Assembly (NCBI GenBank): GCA_964016885.1
Contig: OZ024745.1
Location: 131,564,001 to 131,628,000, forward strand
Direction of reading: 5' to 3'
DNA length: 64,000 nucleotides
Origin: Eledone cirrhosa
Taxonomy: Eukaryota
The translations under genes were made by a program, and so were the position numbers. The notes beneath the pieces were generated by a model. It was given only the letters and a program-made list of their open reading frames with translations, did not search any database and was not told the DNA's origin. Shown here in pieces: positions 37,600-51,595 of the stretch (positions are counted from its first letter, which is position 1; each line of letters begins with the position of its first letter).

Positions 37600-40110
37600 G
37601 GCCCACTCACAAGGTAATCCCATATGTACCATTATGTCAACAACACATCATCAATAAATGATGCCGAAGAATTCTATCACAAATTTGCAGATGTTTTGAA
37701 AACTGTTCCAAAGTACAACTGTCTTATTGTTGGCAGTGATTTTAATGTCCAACTTGGTCCAATGACTACAACTCCCAGTTCTAGTTTTCACAAATCATCA
37801 AACAGAAATAGCAAATTGCTGAATGACATCCTTATTGAATATCACCTAATTACCATGAATACATGGTTCCAAAAACGATTGGGTAAGCTACAGACTATAA
37901 GATATGCCAAGGGTTCAAAAGGTCAGATTGATTATATTCTTATTAATAACAAATAGAAAAATAGCATTATAAATTGCGAAGCATACAACTCTTCTGATAT
38001 TTTACACAGTGATCACAGAATTGCCACAGCTTTTATCAAACTAAGTGCCAATAAAAAGAAAAAAGTGTCAAATAGTTTGGATGGTCTAGTCTAACTCAAT
38101 GCTGACATCAGATCATGTTATCTAATTGAGGATAGAAATAAGTTCAACGCACTGAATACTTCTGTTGGCGACAATGATAACACCTTTGATGGTTTATATG
38201 AAAACATGTGTGAAGACCATAAGCTTGAAGCAGAAGAAATTATTCCTAAAAAGCAAAAATAGAGAAAGAAAAATCTTTGGGATGGTAGCACAGTTACTGA
38301 GAAAAGACAAGACGTGGAAAGACCAACCGATGCCAACTATTCTAAGTTTTAAAGCCACTTCAGAACTGAATACTGCTTATTATAACTCTATGAGACAATA
38401 TGTTGAAGAGTGTGGTCAAAAAATGAATACTGCTCAGGGAGATCAGAAATGTGCGGAAGTGTAGAACATTTGCAATGAAGTGACTGGCAGGAAGAACAAA
38501 TGTTGTACCATACTAGGGGCTGATTTGATTGAAGATCATCTTTCATCTCTGGAGAAGACATTTTGAGGAGCTCCTTTCTCCAGTAGCTCATGGTGATGAC
38601 GACATTGTTAAACCTTGACGTTGGCAGCAGTACACAACTGCACATACATACTGGCAACTTTACTGTAAATGAGCTGTCGAATGACAAGGCTGTTGGAATC
38701 GATAGAATTCCAGGAGAAGTGTGGAAGGTTGGTTCACTGAGGGATGAACTGCTTCATGTCTGCAATATGACTTTCAATGGAAATAAACCAAAAATATGAT
38801 CAAAGAATGGCATTATTCCCATTCCCAAGAAGGGTTGTTTTAGTCTTCCAGAAAACTATCAAGGAATAAGTCTCACATCAATTGCAGCAATGGTGTATAA
38901 GATGTTGCTGAATAGGATACAACCTCATGTTGAACCTCTATTGAGAATTAATTAAAACAGGTTCAGACAAGGTCGTTCTACAATCTCCCAAATTTTGACT
39001 CTTAGACGAATTATTGAGGGTGTCAAGTTGAAGAACCTTCCAGCAGTTTTAACATTTATAGACTTTAAAAAAGCCTTCGATTCAATAAATCGTGAGGTGA
39101 TGCACATTCTTCAAATTTATGGGTTCCCTCACAGAATTGTTTGAGCCTTTGGTGTCATGTATGAGAATACCATGGCAAAAGTCATGTCTGATCATGGCAA
39201 GACCGATTTCTTCAAAATTAAGAATGGAGTACTTCAGGATGATACTCTGTCACCATAGTGATAGATTACGTTATGAGATGCATTGTAGAAGGTCATGAGA
39301 ATTGTGGTTCTACTTTAAACCAAACCACTGCAAAGAAACAACTTCATTTCGAGAATATTATCACAACATGAATTATACAGATGGCATCTGTTTAATATCA
39401 AACAATATAGCAGAGGCTCAAACTCTTTCATTCAGCTGGAAGAGGCAGTGATAAAAGTAGGGTTGAAAATAAATGAGAGTAAGACCTAGTTTATTATATT
39501 TAATACACATGGTCAGCTGAGCACTTCAAATGGTGAAACTATTAAAGAAGTTTGTGATTTCAAATATCTCGGAGCATGGATCTCATCAACAGAAAAAGAG
39601 ATCAACATCAGAAAAGCCTTAACATGGTCAGCCATAAACAAACTTAACAAACTATGGCAATCATCTCTCTTGAGGAGACTAAAGTGTATGTTCGTCGAAG
39701 CCACAGTTGAAAGTGTGTTACTCTACTGGTCGGAAGGATGGACGCTTAATAAAACCCTTGAAAAAAGACTAAATGGATGTTACGAGACTCCTGAGACATG
39801 CTGTCAACATATCTTGGTAACAGAGAGTCACAAATGGAGAACTCTATCAGTATAGTCCTCCCTTGTGGGATATTGTTCGTCTAAGAAGGATATGTTTTGT
39901 GGGACATTGTTACAGGACAAACAACGAGTGTATTAGCCATGTTTTTATATGGAAGCCTGCGCACGAACATAGAAGTAGAGGTCATCCTGCAACAACATAT
40001 TTGGATATGTTAGGTGATCACATGGGAGGAAATTTAAAGGATCTTGGAGAGATAATGCTAGATCAAGACAAATGGAAAGAGTACTGTTCATTGGATTGAG
40101 GAAACTAGAC
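37600..40110 (+). mobile_element. Long, heavily decayed RTE/RTE-X LINE (APE endonuclease + RT)
   Basis: LIVGSDFNVQLG, QIDYILIN, SDHR (APE); KAVGIDRIPGEVWK, IPIPKKG, FIDFKKAFDSI, GVLQDDTLSP, FKYLGAWI, RSRGHP (RT and C-terminus); many stops. Confidence 0.9.
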
Positions 40111-40604
40111 TCATGAATGAGTGAGTAATATATATACATACATAGAAACACACACACACACATATAAATGTGGCTGAGTGGTTAGAGAATTGGATTTGCA
40201 ATCGTGAGGTTGGGAATTCGATTCGAAGGGGTAAAGAAAGGCAGATCTGGCTATATAGGAAAGGACTATAAATGCCATGAGGAAAAAAGGAAGGAAAGAG
40301 CAAGGACTATTAGGCAATGAAGAAAAAGTGGGGCGAGAGGAGAGGGAGACATACTCTACACCTGGATTGGGGCGGCATTTCCGTGGACAATGGCCAACGG
40401 CACCTTCCGCAACAACTGCCCCACCTCGTGGGGCTCTTTCCTTAGATGGGCTACTGACGTTTAGATTTTACAGCGGAACTCAGCTGTATGGAGTCCGAGG
40501 ACACCTGGTGTCTTGACAGAGACTGGTGCATGTATTGTGAAGTTGAATTTACGAATTTATTTTTTCCCTAACAACAAATGGCCTTGTACATAGGTGAGGA
40601 ATTG

Positions 40605-43600
40605 ATATTGTACAATACTGTGGAAACAAGCTCAGCTGGAATGTAACCAAAATATATTGTACTGTGGTAACAACCTCAGCTGGAATGTAACCAAAATATA
40701 TTGTACTGTGGTAACAACCTCAGCTGAAATGTAACCAAAATATATTGTACTGTGGTAACAACCTCAGCTGGAATGTAACCAAAATATATTGTACTGTGGT
40801 AACAACCTCAGCTGGAATGTAACCAAAATATATTGTACTGTGGTAACAACCTCAGCTGGAATGTAACCAAAATATATTGTACTGTGGAAACAACACCAGC
40901 TGGAATGTAACCAAAATATATTGTACTGTGGTAACAACGCCAGCTGGAATGTAACCAAAATATATTGTACTGTGGAAACAACCCCAGCTGGAATGTAACC
41001 AAAATATATTGTACTGTGGAAACAACCTCAGCTGGAATGTAACCAAAATATATTGTACTGTGGAAACAACACCAGCTGGAATGTAACCAAAATATATTGT
41101 ACTGTGGTAACAACGCCAGCTGGAATGTAACCAAAATATATTGTACTGTGGTAACAACGCCAGCTGGAATGTAACCAAAATATATTGTGCTGTGGAAACA
41201 ACCTCAGCTGGAATGTAACCAAAATATATTGTACTGTGGTAACAACCCCAACAGGAATGTAACCAAAATATATTGTACTGTGGTAACAACCTCAGCTGGA
41301 ATGTAACCAAAATATATTGTACTGAGGAAACAACCTCAGCTGGAATGTAACCAAAATATATTGTACTGTGGTAACAACCTCAGCTGGAATGAAACCAAAA
41401 TATATTGTACTGTGGTAACAACCTCAGCTAGAATGAAACCAAAATATATTGTACTGTGGAAACAACCTCAGCTGGAATGTAACCAAAATATATTGTACTG
41501 TGGTAACAACCTCAGCTGGAATGTAACCAAAATATATTGTACTGTGGAAACAACCTCAGTTGGAATGTAACCAAAATATATTGTACTGTGGAAACAACGC
41601 CAGCTGGAATTTAACCAAAATATATTGTACTGTGGAAACAACGCCAGCTGGAGTGTAACCAAAATATATTGTACTGTGGTAACAACCTCAGCTGGAATGA
41701 AACCAAAATATATTGTACTGTGGTAACAACCTCAGCTAGAATGAAACCAAAATATATTGTACTGTGGAAACAACGCCAGCTGGAATTTAACCAAAATATA
41801 TTGTACTGTGGTAACAACCCCAACTGGAATGTAACCAAAATATATTGTACTGTGGTAACAACCTCAGCTGGAATGTAACCAAAATATATTGTACTGTGGA
41901 AACAACGCCAGCTGGAATTTAACCAAAATATATTGTACTGTGGAAACAACGCCAGCTGGAATTTAACCAAAATATATTGTACTGTGGAAACAACCTCAGC
42001 TGGAATGTAACCAAAATATATTGTACTGTGGTAACAACCTCAGCTGGAATGAAACCAAAATATATTGTACTGTGGAAACAACCTCAGCTGGAATGTAACC
42101 AAAATATATTGTACTGTGGTAACAACCTCAGCTAGAATGAAACCAAAATATATTGTACTGTGGTAACAACCTCAGTGGAATGTAACCAAAATATATTGTA
42201 CTGTGGTAACAACCTCAGCTTGAATGAAACCAAAATATATTGTACTGTGGTAACAACCTCAGTGGAATGTAACCAAAATATATTGTACTGTGGTAACAAC
42301 CTCAGCTGGAATGAAACCAAAATATATTGTACTGTAGTAACAACGCCAGCTGGAATGTAACCAAAATATATTGTACTGTGGTAACAACCTCAGCTGGAAT
42401 GTAACCAAAATATATTGTACTGTGGTAACAACGCCAGCTGGAATGAAACCAAAATATATTGTACTGTGGTAACAACCCCAACAGGAATGTAACCAAAATA
42501 TATTGTACTGTGGTAACAACCCCAACAGGAATGTAACCAAAATATATTGTACTGTAGTAACAACGCCAGCTGGAATGTAACCAAAATATATTGTACTGTG
42601 GTAACAACCTCAGTGGAATGTAACCAAAATATATTGTACTGTGGTAGCAACCTCAGCTGGAATGTAACCAAAATATATTGTACTGTGGTAACAACCTCAG
42701 CTGGAATGTAACCAAAATATATTGTACTGTGGTAACAACCCCAACAGGAATGTAACCAAAATATATTGTACTGTAGTAACAACGCCAGCTGGAATGTAAC
42801 CAAAATATATTGTACTGTGGTAACAACGCCAGCTGGAATGTAACCAAAATAAATTGTACTTTGGTAACAACCTCAGTGGAATGTAACCAAAATATATTGT
42901 ACTGTGGTAACAACCTCAGCTGGAATGTAACCAAAATATATTGTACTGTGGTAACAACCTCAGCTGGAATGTAACCAAAATATATTGTACTGTGGTAACA
43001 ACCTCAATTGGAATGTAACCAAAATATATTGTACTGTGGAAACAACCTCAGCTGGAATGAAACCAAAATATATTGTACTGTGGTAACAACACCAGCTGGA
43101 ATGTAACCAAAATATATTGTACTATGGTAACAACCTCAGCTGGAATGTAACCAAAATATATTGTACTGTGGAAACAACCTCAGCTGGAATGTAACCAAAA
43201 TATATTGTACTGTGGTAACAACTTCAGCTGGAGTTTAACCAAAATATATTGTACTGTGGTAACAACCTCAGCTGGAATGTAACCAAAATATATTGTACTG
43301 TGGTAACAACCTCAGCTGGAATGTAACCAAAATATATTGTACTGTGGTAACAACCTCAGCTGGAATGTAACCAAAATATATTGTACTGTGGTAACAACCT
43401 CAGCTGGAGTGTAACCAAAATATATTGTACTGTGGTAACAACCTCAGCTGGAATGTAACCAAAATATATTGTACTGTGGAAACAACCTCAGCTGGAATGT
43501 AACCAAAATATATTGTACTGTGGTAACAACGCCAGCTGGAATGTAACCAAAATATATTGTACTGTGGTAACAACGCCAGCTGGAATGTAACCAAAATATT

Positions 43601-44214
43601 GTACTGTGGAAACAACCTCAGCTTGAATGAAACCAAAATATATTGTACTGTGGTAACAACGCCAGCTGGAATGTAACCAAAATATATTGTACTGTGGAAA
43701 CAACCTCAGCTGGAATGTAACCAAAATATATTGTACTGTGGTAACAACGCCAGCTGGAATGTAACCAAAATATATTGTACTGTGGTAACAACGCCAGCTG
43801 GAATGTAACCAAAATATTGTACTGTGGTAACAACGCCAGCTGGAATGTAACCAAAATATATTGTACTGTGGTAACAATCTCAGCTGGAATGAAACCAAAA
43901 TATATTGTACTGTGGTAACAACGCCAGCTGGAATGTAACCAAAATATATTGTACTGTGGTAACAACGCCAGCTGGAATGTAACCAAAATATATTGTACTG
44001 TGGAAACAACCTCAGCTGGAATGTAACCAAAATATATTGTACTGTGGTAACAACCTCAGCTGGAATGTAACCAAAATATATTGTACTGTGGAAAGAACCC
44101 CATCTGGAATGTAACCAAAATATATTGTACTGTGGTAACAACCTCAGCTGGAATGTAACCAAAATATATTGTACTGTGGAAAGAACCCCAGCTGGAATGT
44201 AACCAAAATATATT
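40605..44214. repeat. 44-bp minisatellite, ~82 units
   Basis: Unit tggaatgtaaccaaaatatattgtactgtggtaacaacctcagc with recurring variant units. Confidence 0.97.
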
Positions 44215-45039
44215 CTTTCTCTGTGACACACCACAATGATTTCTTTCACCTTTGTTCTAAAAATGACTAAGAATTTAACCAAATACTTTGTTCATCTAAG
44301 ATAGTAAATTAAATGATTAATATTAATAAACATGTAATTTACAACAACAACAGCAATAAGCATAACAAAAAAAAAAGATTAGTGATGAGAATTCTAAAAA
44401 AACACACTCTGGGATTGACAGGTCATTTACTAAGAAACCTAATGAGATTCTTTAGAAAATCAAATCTATCCAAGTTCTTCCCCAGAATATGCATGATTAG
44501 TTCAAAGAATGTCTCCTGTTCTTTGAATTTTAACAAAAGAAATATTTTAGAAGCTATTTTCACAAATACCACCCTTTACTTGCAACAGCACTGTCACCCC
44601 TAACCAACTACCATCATTCCAACCCTCTGACACCAACAGCAACAATACAACCACTGTCATTACCACCTCTTTCAGTTCTAGAATTACCACTACCACTACA
44701 GCTGCTGCTTCTATTTTACCATCATAGAAGTGGACATCATTATTTATCAGCATGTGAAACTTCCCAGCATTCAAATATGACATAACATTTAATTAAAAAG
44801 TTTGAAAATCTCAAAATTGAAAGACTGTGAGAGAAAAAAAATATGTTAAAAATAATAAATAAAACCCTGGAAAATCACTCATATTTGACATGTATTAATT
44901 TTAATATTTCAAAATTAGAATATTTCTCAGATAATAAAAGTAAAGTTTTAATAGGAAAGTTTACTAAAAGCATACCATTGCAAATGAAGATAATAATAAT
45001 GATAATAATATACTCCTGCCACACAGATCAGGCACTCCG

Positions 45040-45270
45040 TATGGAAGCCCCTTTGGTGTCACTGCTCTATCTCTCAGAAGACACAAAGTTCCATATCTAC
45101 AAGACGCCGGTCCTCTCTGTTCTCCTCTATGGAGCAGAAACCTGGCCTCTCACAAACACCCTGACAGCTTTGATAGCAGAGCTCGGAGGACTATCGATAA
45201 CATCAGATGGTACCACCATGTTTCCAACAAAGAGGTGTGTGTGTGCATGCATCAGGCAACAGCCTCCTGC
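45040..45270 (+). mobile_element. RTE LINE fragment
   Basis: LSEDTKFHIYKTPVLSVLLYGAETWPLT. Confidence 0.7.
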
Positions 45271-45422
45271 AGCATGCACTGGTAAACACCAATTTTTTGT
45301 ACATGTTATAAAGATCCTTTTTTATAAATATATATCAGGTGTGTCTTTTGAATCATTTTTTTTCCCTTATATAATGTGATCTATAGAGAACTTTTTCTAA
45401 TGTACACACACAATACATATAT

Positions 45423-46072
45423 ATGGTAGTGGGACTTGGGCAGCAACTGCAGAAGATATGCGACGGCTGGAGAGAAATGAGGCAAGCATGCTCCGTTGGA
45501 TGTGCAATGTCAATGTGCGTGAACGACTCAGCATGGATGTGTTGAGAGAGAAACTGTGTCTGAGAGGGATAGAATGTAGTGTGCGAGAGAGGAGACTGCA
45601 GTGGTATGGACATGTGATTTGTTGAGAGAGAAACTGTGTCTGAGAGGGATAGAATGTAGTGTGCGAGAGAGGAGACTAAGGTGGTATGGACATGTGATTT
45701 GTTGAGAGAGAAACTGTGTCTGAGAGGGATAGAATGTAGTGTGCGAGAGAGGAGACTAAGGTGGTATGGACAGGTGATGTGTTGAGAGAGAAACTGTGTC
45801 TGAGAGGGATAGAATATAATGTGCGAGAGAGGAGACTGCAGTGGTATGGACATGTGATGGAGAATGACCGATGGTTGAAGAAGTGCCAGGAAATGCCAGT
45901 TGAAGGAAGATGTGGTAGAGGTAGACCACGAAAAACATGGGCAGAGGTGGTGAGAACAGACCTCAGATCGCTGAAGCTCACAGTGGTGATGACGAAGGAC
46001 CGTGATGAGTGGAGAGATGCTGTGCTAAATAAGACCCGTCCCACCCTTGCAAGCAGGGAAAAGCAGACGTAA

Positions 46073-46103
<31 letters not shown>
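45423..46103 (+). mobile_element. RTE LINE 3' fragment with an internal 80-bp segment repeated 4 times
   Basis: Homologous to 28954-29396; repeats start at 45541, 45621, 45701, 45781; (ATG)n tail. Confidence 0.9.
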
Positions 46104-46104
<1 letters not shown>

Positions 46105-46281
46105 ATATATATATATATAAACTTTGAGCTGACCTCAAATCACTGAGACTCAGAGAGGCAATAGAAAAGGATTGTGATGTATGGAGAGATGTTGTGCTGA
46201 GAAGGACACATCCAACCCATGCAAGTGTGGAAAAGCGGACGTAAAAACGATGATGATGGTGTTGTTGTTGATGATATATAT

Positions 46282-46323
<42 letters not shown>

Positions 46324-46326
<3 letters not shown>

Positions 46327-46975
46327 AGAATAGAGGTGTAACACACGAGTTATGATATATTGGTAAAAGGAAAAGAAAATGCTGACAAATTGTTCCCAGT
46401 GAAAAAATAGTTTAATTAGGAATAAGTAAAAATTAGTAATAAGTATTGGTTAGTATTCAGTTTTGGTTTTAAGTTTTTACCGGTTGCGCATTTCTAATGC
46501 TTTTCAAAAATAATTTTGAGATAGAGCGCCCATGATGTTTGCTCTAATCTGATCAGTTTTGGAAATTCTACCTGTTTTATGTGAAAAAAGTGGCTCCAGA
46601 TGTATTAAAATAAGTTTTGTGCCAATTCGTGTTGCAAAAATTCTTGTGGTCAAAACAATTTTGATTGGTCGGTAGAGGTCATGTGAATGTTAAAAATTGA
46701 TTTTGCGCTAAATGAAGGTTTGTCTCGGCTGATTGAGAAGTCACTGAAAAATAAGTCTTTCAAGACAAATATGTGTGTGTGTGTGTGTGTAGTAGTAGTA
46801 AAGAGGTTCATTGTTGTGATAATGGTCAGTAGGGATGTGTGTGTGAATTGCAGTCATGTTAAAACCAAAACTGAATACTAACCAATACTTATTACTAATT
46901 TTTACTTATTCCTAATTAAACTATTTTTCACTGGGAACAATTTGTCAGCATTTTCTTTTCCTTTTTCCAATATAT
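46324..46975. mobile_element. ~117-bp inverted repeat pair in (TA)n, probable Penelope-like relic
   Basis: 46355-46471 inverted at 46859-46975; minus-strand gaaatgcgca just inside the left arm. Confidence 0.55.
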
Positions 46976-47124
46976 ATATATATATATATATATGCAAAAG
47001 TTTTATTTAAGATTGTTGGGTTACAACGAGTAAATATTTTATAACTGATATAAAAGCACTCAACAGTTTCTGGAGTAGGTTTACGATATTAAACAAATGG
47101 AAACTATATTTATAAAACCATATT

Positions 47125-47190
47125 TATTTCGTTATATATATTTCTGGGATATCATATTAAAAATATGGTATGCCTTCCTCAGACAAAATA
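47125..47190 (-). ncRNA. Type I minimal hammerhead ribozyme motif
   Basis: Mirror of 47322-47387. Confidence 0.68.
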
Positions 47191-47321
47191 CAATACATAA
47201 GCTGTTTTATAAATAATTAGTGACATACCTTGTGATAATGCAACTTCTATCAACTTTTTAAAAGGAAGTTGCATTATCACAAGGTATGTCACTAATTATT
47301 TATAAAACAGCTTATGTATTG

Positions 47322-47387
47322 TATTTTGTCTGAGGAAGGCATACCATATTTTTAATATGATATCCCAGAAATATATATAACGAAATA
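47322..47387 (+). ncRNA. Type I minimal hammerhead ribozyme motif
   Basis: TATTTTGT-CTGAGGA-agg..catatt/aatatg..cca-GAAA-T-ATAT-A-TA-ACGAAATA. Confidence 0.7.
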
Positions 47388-48104
47388 AATATGGTTTTAT
47401 AAATATAGTTTCCATTTGTTTAATATCGTATATATATATATATATATATATATATGAATGTTATTTCTGTTTGCCTTTTGCATATATATATATATATATA
47501 TCTGTGTGTGTATGTGTCTATGTGTGGGTTGCCATGAGAGATCATCAAAGGTTGTGAGGTCTAGGTTTCGAGGATGTTAGCTGTTTGTATCTTAGTGTTG
47601 TTGTTGATGATGATGATGATGACAATAGAGAATGTGTCAAGCTACATCATCGCCATCTTGTTTTTTACAGCTTTCTCTAAATGCTTGCATGGGGCTGGAT
47701 GTATCCTTTCCAACACTTTTTTCTTTTGAAGATTTTAATGTACCTACATAGATTGAATGAAACAAGTCGTACAATCCTTTAAAACACAGGCTTTGGGATT
47801 ATATTCTAAAAGCTTCTCATCAAATAATGGTTGAATATTAAAAAAAAAAAACATATTCTCATTTTCTTCTGATAGACACTAGTATTTCTTAATTTCCTCA
47901 CTTCAGAGAGAAATTTCTAAAAGCATGATCGAAAATTATCAATTTAAAAGAACTGAATTAAAAGCAGATATTGTATAAAGACTATAAAAGAGACAGTTTT
48001 CAGGCAAAGTCAGTTCCAATTACATCGGTATCAGACTTTCAGAAGACAATGAATGTCAGAATACTAAAGAAACAATCTGTTGTGATAATAATAATAATGA
48101 TTTA

Positions 48105-48670
48105 TACTTTAGGCATAAGGCCAGCAATTTGGGGGAGGGAGGCGAAAATCATTTAACTCGACCCCAGTGCATTACTGGTATTTTATTTTATCTACCCCGT
48201 AAGGATGAAAGGCAAAGCTAACCTCGGCGGGATTTGAACTCAGAACATAAAGGGCCATAACTCTATGCCATAAAGCATGTTGTCCAATGATCTACTGATA
48301 CTGCCAAACCACTGCCATAATAATAATAATGACACAATAAACATAAGAGAAAGAGTCTTTCTACTATTATTCCAAAACACAGACCTGCCTTCCTCTACTT
48401 GTGAGAGAAACAGAAAGAAAGATTTGGCTGCTATTTCTAGCTGGATGCATTGGGTTGTAATGGTATTAATGATATTGATAATGGTTTCTGATTTAGACAC
48501 AAGGTCAGCAATTTTATGGGAGGGGGGAAAGTCAATTAAACCGACCCCAGTGGATTACTGGTACTTTATTTTATTGACCCTGTATGGATGAAAGGCAAAG
48601 TTAACCTCGCCGGTATTTGAACTCTATACCACAAATCATTATCTGACGCTCTACCGACACTGCCAATCCA
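48105..48670 (-). mobile_element. Two reverse tRNA-derived SINE copies (48105-48315, 48495-48670)
   Basis: ggatgaaaggcaaag(c/t)taacctcg...atttgaactc. Confidence 0.75.
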
Positions 48671-48891
48671 GCTAATGATGACATTAAAGAGATGACAATG
48701 ATGATGATGATTACTTCAGTATCCAATATGATTAAAGTGAAGACATTTTTTGTTAGAAGAGAATTATGTGGAATAACATTTACATAAAACTCTAAAACTA
48801 TTCCTTATTTCTCTAAAGATATTCTCAAAAGAAAGAATTAAAATCAATAAATAATGAAAGAAAACCCTAAAATATGAGAATTATGTGGCAC

Positions 48892-51595
48892 TGGTAGTCT
48901 TATCTAATGTATGTAATGGTAGTCTTATCTAACGTATGTAATGGTAGTCTTATCTAGTGTATGTAATGGTAGTCTTATCTAGTGTATGTAATGGTAGTCT
49001 TATCTAGTGTATGTAATGGTAGTCTTATCTAATGTATGTAATGGTAGTCTTATCTAATGTATGTAATGGTAGTCTTATCTAACGTATGTAATGGTAGTCT
49101 TATCTAGTGTATGTAATGGTAGTCTTATCTAGTGTATGTAATGGTAGTCTTATCTAGTGTATGTAATGGTAGTCTTATCTAGTGTATGTAATGGTAGTCT
49201 TATCTAGTGTATGTAATGGTAGTCTTATCTAGTGTATGTAATGGTAGTCTTATCTAGTGTATGTAATGGTAGTCTTATCTAACGTATGTAATGGTAGTCT
49301 TATCTAGTGTATGTAATGGTAGTCTTATCTAGTGTATGTAATGGTAGTCTTATCTAGTGTATGTAATGGTAGTCTTATCTAGTGTATGTAATGGTAGTCT
49401 TATCTAACGTATGTAATGGTAGTCTTATCTAGTGTATGTAATGGTAGTCTTATCTAACGTATGTAATGGTAGTCTTATCTAACGTATGTAATGGTAGTCT
49501 TATCTAGTGTATGTAATGGTAGTCTTATCTAACGTATGTAATGGTAGTCTTATCTAGTGTATGTAATGGTAGTCTTATCTAGTGTATGTAATGGTAGTCT
49601 TATCTAGTGTATGTAATGGTAGTCTTATCTAACGTATGTAATGGTAGTCTTATCTAGTGTATGTAATGGTAGTCTTATCTAACGTATGTAATGGTAGTCT
49701 TATCTAACGTATGTAATGGTAGTCTTATCTAACGTATGTAATGGTAGTCTTATCTAGTGTATGTAATGGTAGTCTTATCTAACGTATGTAATGGTAGTCT
49801 TATCTAACGTATGTAATGGTAGTCTTATCTAGTGTATGTAATGGTAGTCTTATCTAACGTATGTAATGGTAGTCTTATCTAGTGTATGTAATGGTAGTCT
49901 TATCTAACGTATGTAATGGTAGTCTTATCTAACGTATGTAATGGTAGTCTTATCTAGTGTATGTAATGGTAGTCTTATCTAGTGTATGTAATGGTAGTCT
50001 TATCTAATGTATGTAATGGTAGTCTTATCTAGTGTATGTAATGGTAGTCTTATCTAGTGTATGTAATGGTAGTCTTATCTAGTGTATGTAATGGTAGTCT
50101 TATCTAGTGTATGTAATGGTAGTCTTATCTAACGTATGTAATGGTAGTCTTATCTAACGTATGTAATGGTAGTCTTATCTAACGTATGTAATGGTAGTCT
50201 TATCTAACGTATGTAATGGTAGTCTTATCTAACGTATGTAATGGTAGTCTTATCTAGTGTATGTAATGGTAGTCTTATCTAGTGTATGTAATGGTAGTCT
50301 TATCTAGTGTATGTAATGGTAGTCTTATCTAGTGTATGTAATGGTAGTCTTATCTAACGTATGTAATGGTAGTCTTATCTAACGTATGTAATGGTAGTCT
50401 TATCTAACGTATGTAATGGTAGTCTTATCTAACGTATGTAATGGTAGTCTTATCTAACGTATGTAATGGTAGTCTTATCTAACGTATGTAATGGTAGTCT
50501 TATCTAGTGTATGTAATGGTAGTCTTATCTAGTGTATGTAATGGTAGTCTTATCTAGTGTATGTAATGGTAGTCTTATCTAACGTATGTAATGGTAGTCT
50601 TATCTAACGTATGTAATGGTAGTCTTATCTAACGTATGTAATGGTAGTCTTATCTAACGTATGTAATGGTAGTCTTATCTAATGTATGTAATGGTAGTCT
50701 TATCTAATGTATGTAATGGTAGTCTTATCTAGTGTATGTAATGGTAGTCTTATCTAACGTATGTAATGGTAGTCTTATCTAGTGTATGTAATGGTAGTCT
50801 TATCTAGTGTATGTAATGGTAGTCTTATCTAGTGTATGTAATGGTAGTCTTATCTAACGTATGTAATGGTAGTCTTATCTAACGTATGTAATGGTAGTCT
50901 TATCTAATGTATGTAATGGTAGTCTTATCTAACGTATGTAATGGTAGTCTTATCTAGTGTATGTAATGGTAGTCTTATCTAACGTATGTAATGGTAGTCT
51001 TATCTAACGTATGTAATGGTAGTCTTATCTAACGTATGTAATGGTAGTCTTATCTAGTGTATGTAATGGTAGTCTTATCTAACGTATGTAATGGTAGTCT
51101 TATCTAGTGTATGTAATGGTAGTCTTATCTAGTGTATGTAATGGTAGTCTTATCTAACGTATGTAATGGTAGTCTTATCTAGTGTATGTAATGGTAGTCT
51201 TATCTAACGTATGTAATGGTAGTCTTATCTAGTGTATGTAATGGTAGTCTTATCTAACGTATGTAATGGTAGTCTTATCTAACGTATGTAATGGTAGTCT
51301 TATCTAACGTATGTAATGGTAGTCTTATCTAGTGTATGTAATGGTAGTCTTATCTAACGTATGTAATGGTAGTCTTATCTAGTGTATGTAATGGTAGTCT
51401 TATCTAACGTATGTAATGGTAGTCTTATCTAACGTATGTAATGGTAGTCTTATCTAACGTATGTAATGGTAGTCTTATCTAACGTATGTAATGGTAGTCT
51501 TATCTAGTGTATGTAATGGTAGTCTTATCTAACGTATGTAATGGTAGTCTTATCTAGTGTATGTAATGGTAGTCTTATCTAGTGTATGTAATGGT
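48892..51595. repeat. 25-bp satellite, ~108 units
   Basis: Unit atgtaatggtagtcttatct-(AGT/AAC/AAT)-gt. Confidence 0.97.

Larger units (their letters stand above)
46995..47430. mobile_element. ~350-bp palindrome (Penelope-like pseudo-LTR pair) plus tail
   Basis: Arms 47082-47247 / 47265-47430 appear identical; hammerhead in each; tail hairpin 47055-47076. Confidence 0.8.

Noticed and set aside
40605-44214. 44-bp array as a CRISPR-like locus or repetitive protein gene
   Set aside because: No unique spacers, no cas genes, eukaryotic context; ORFs shift frame with unit length
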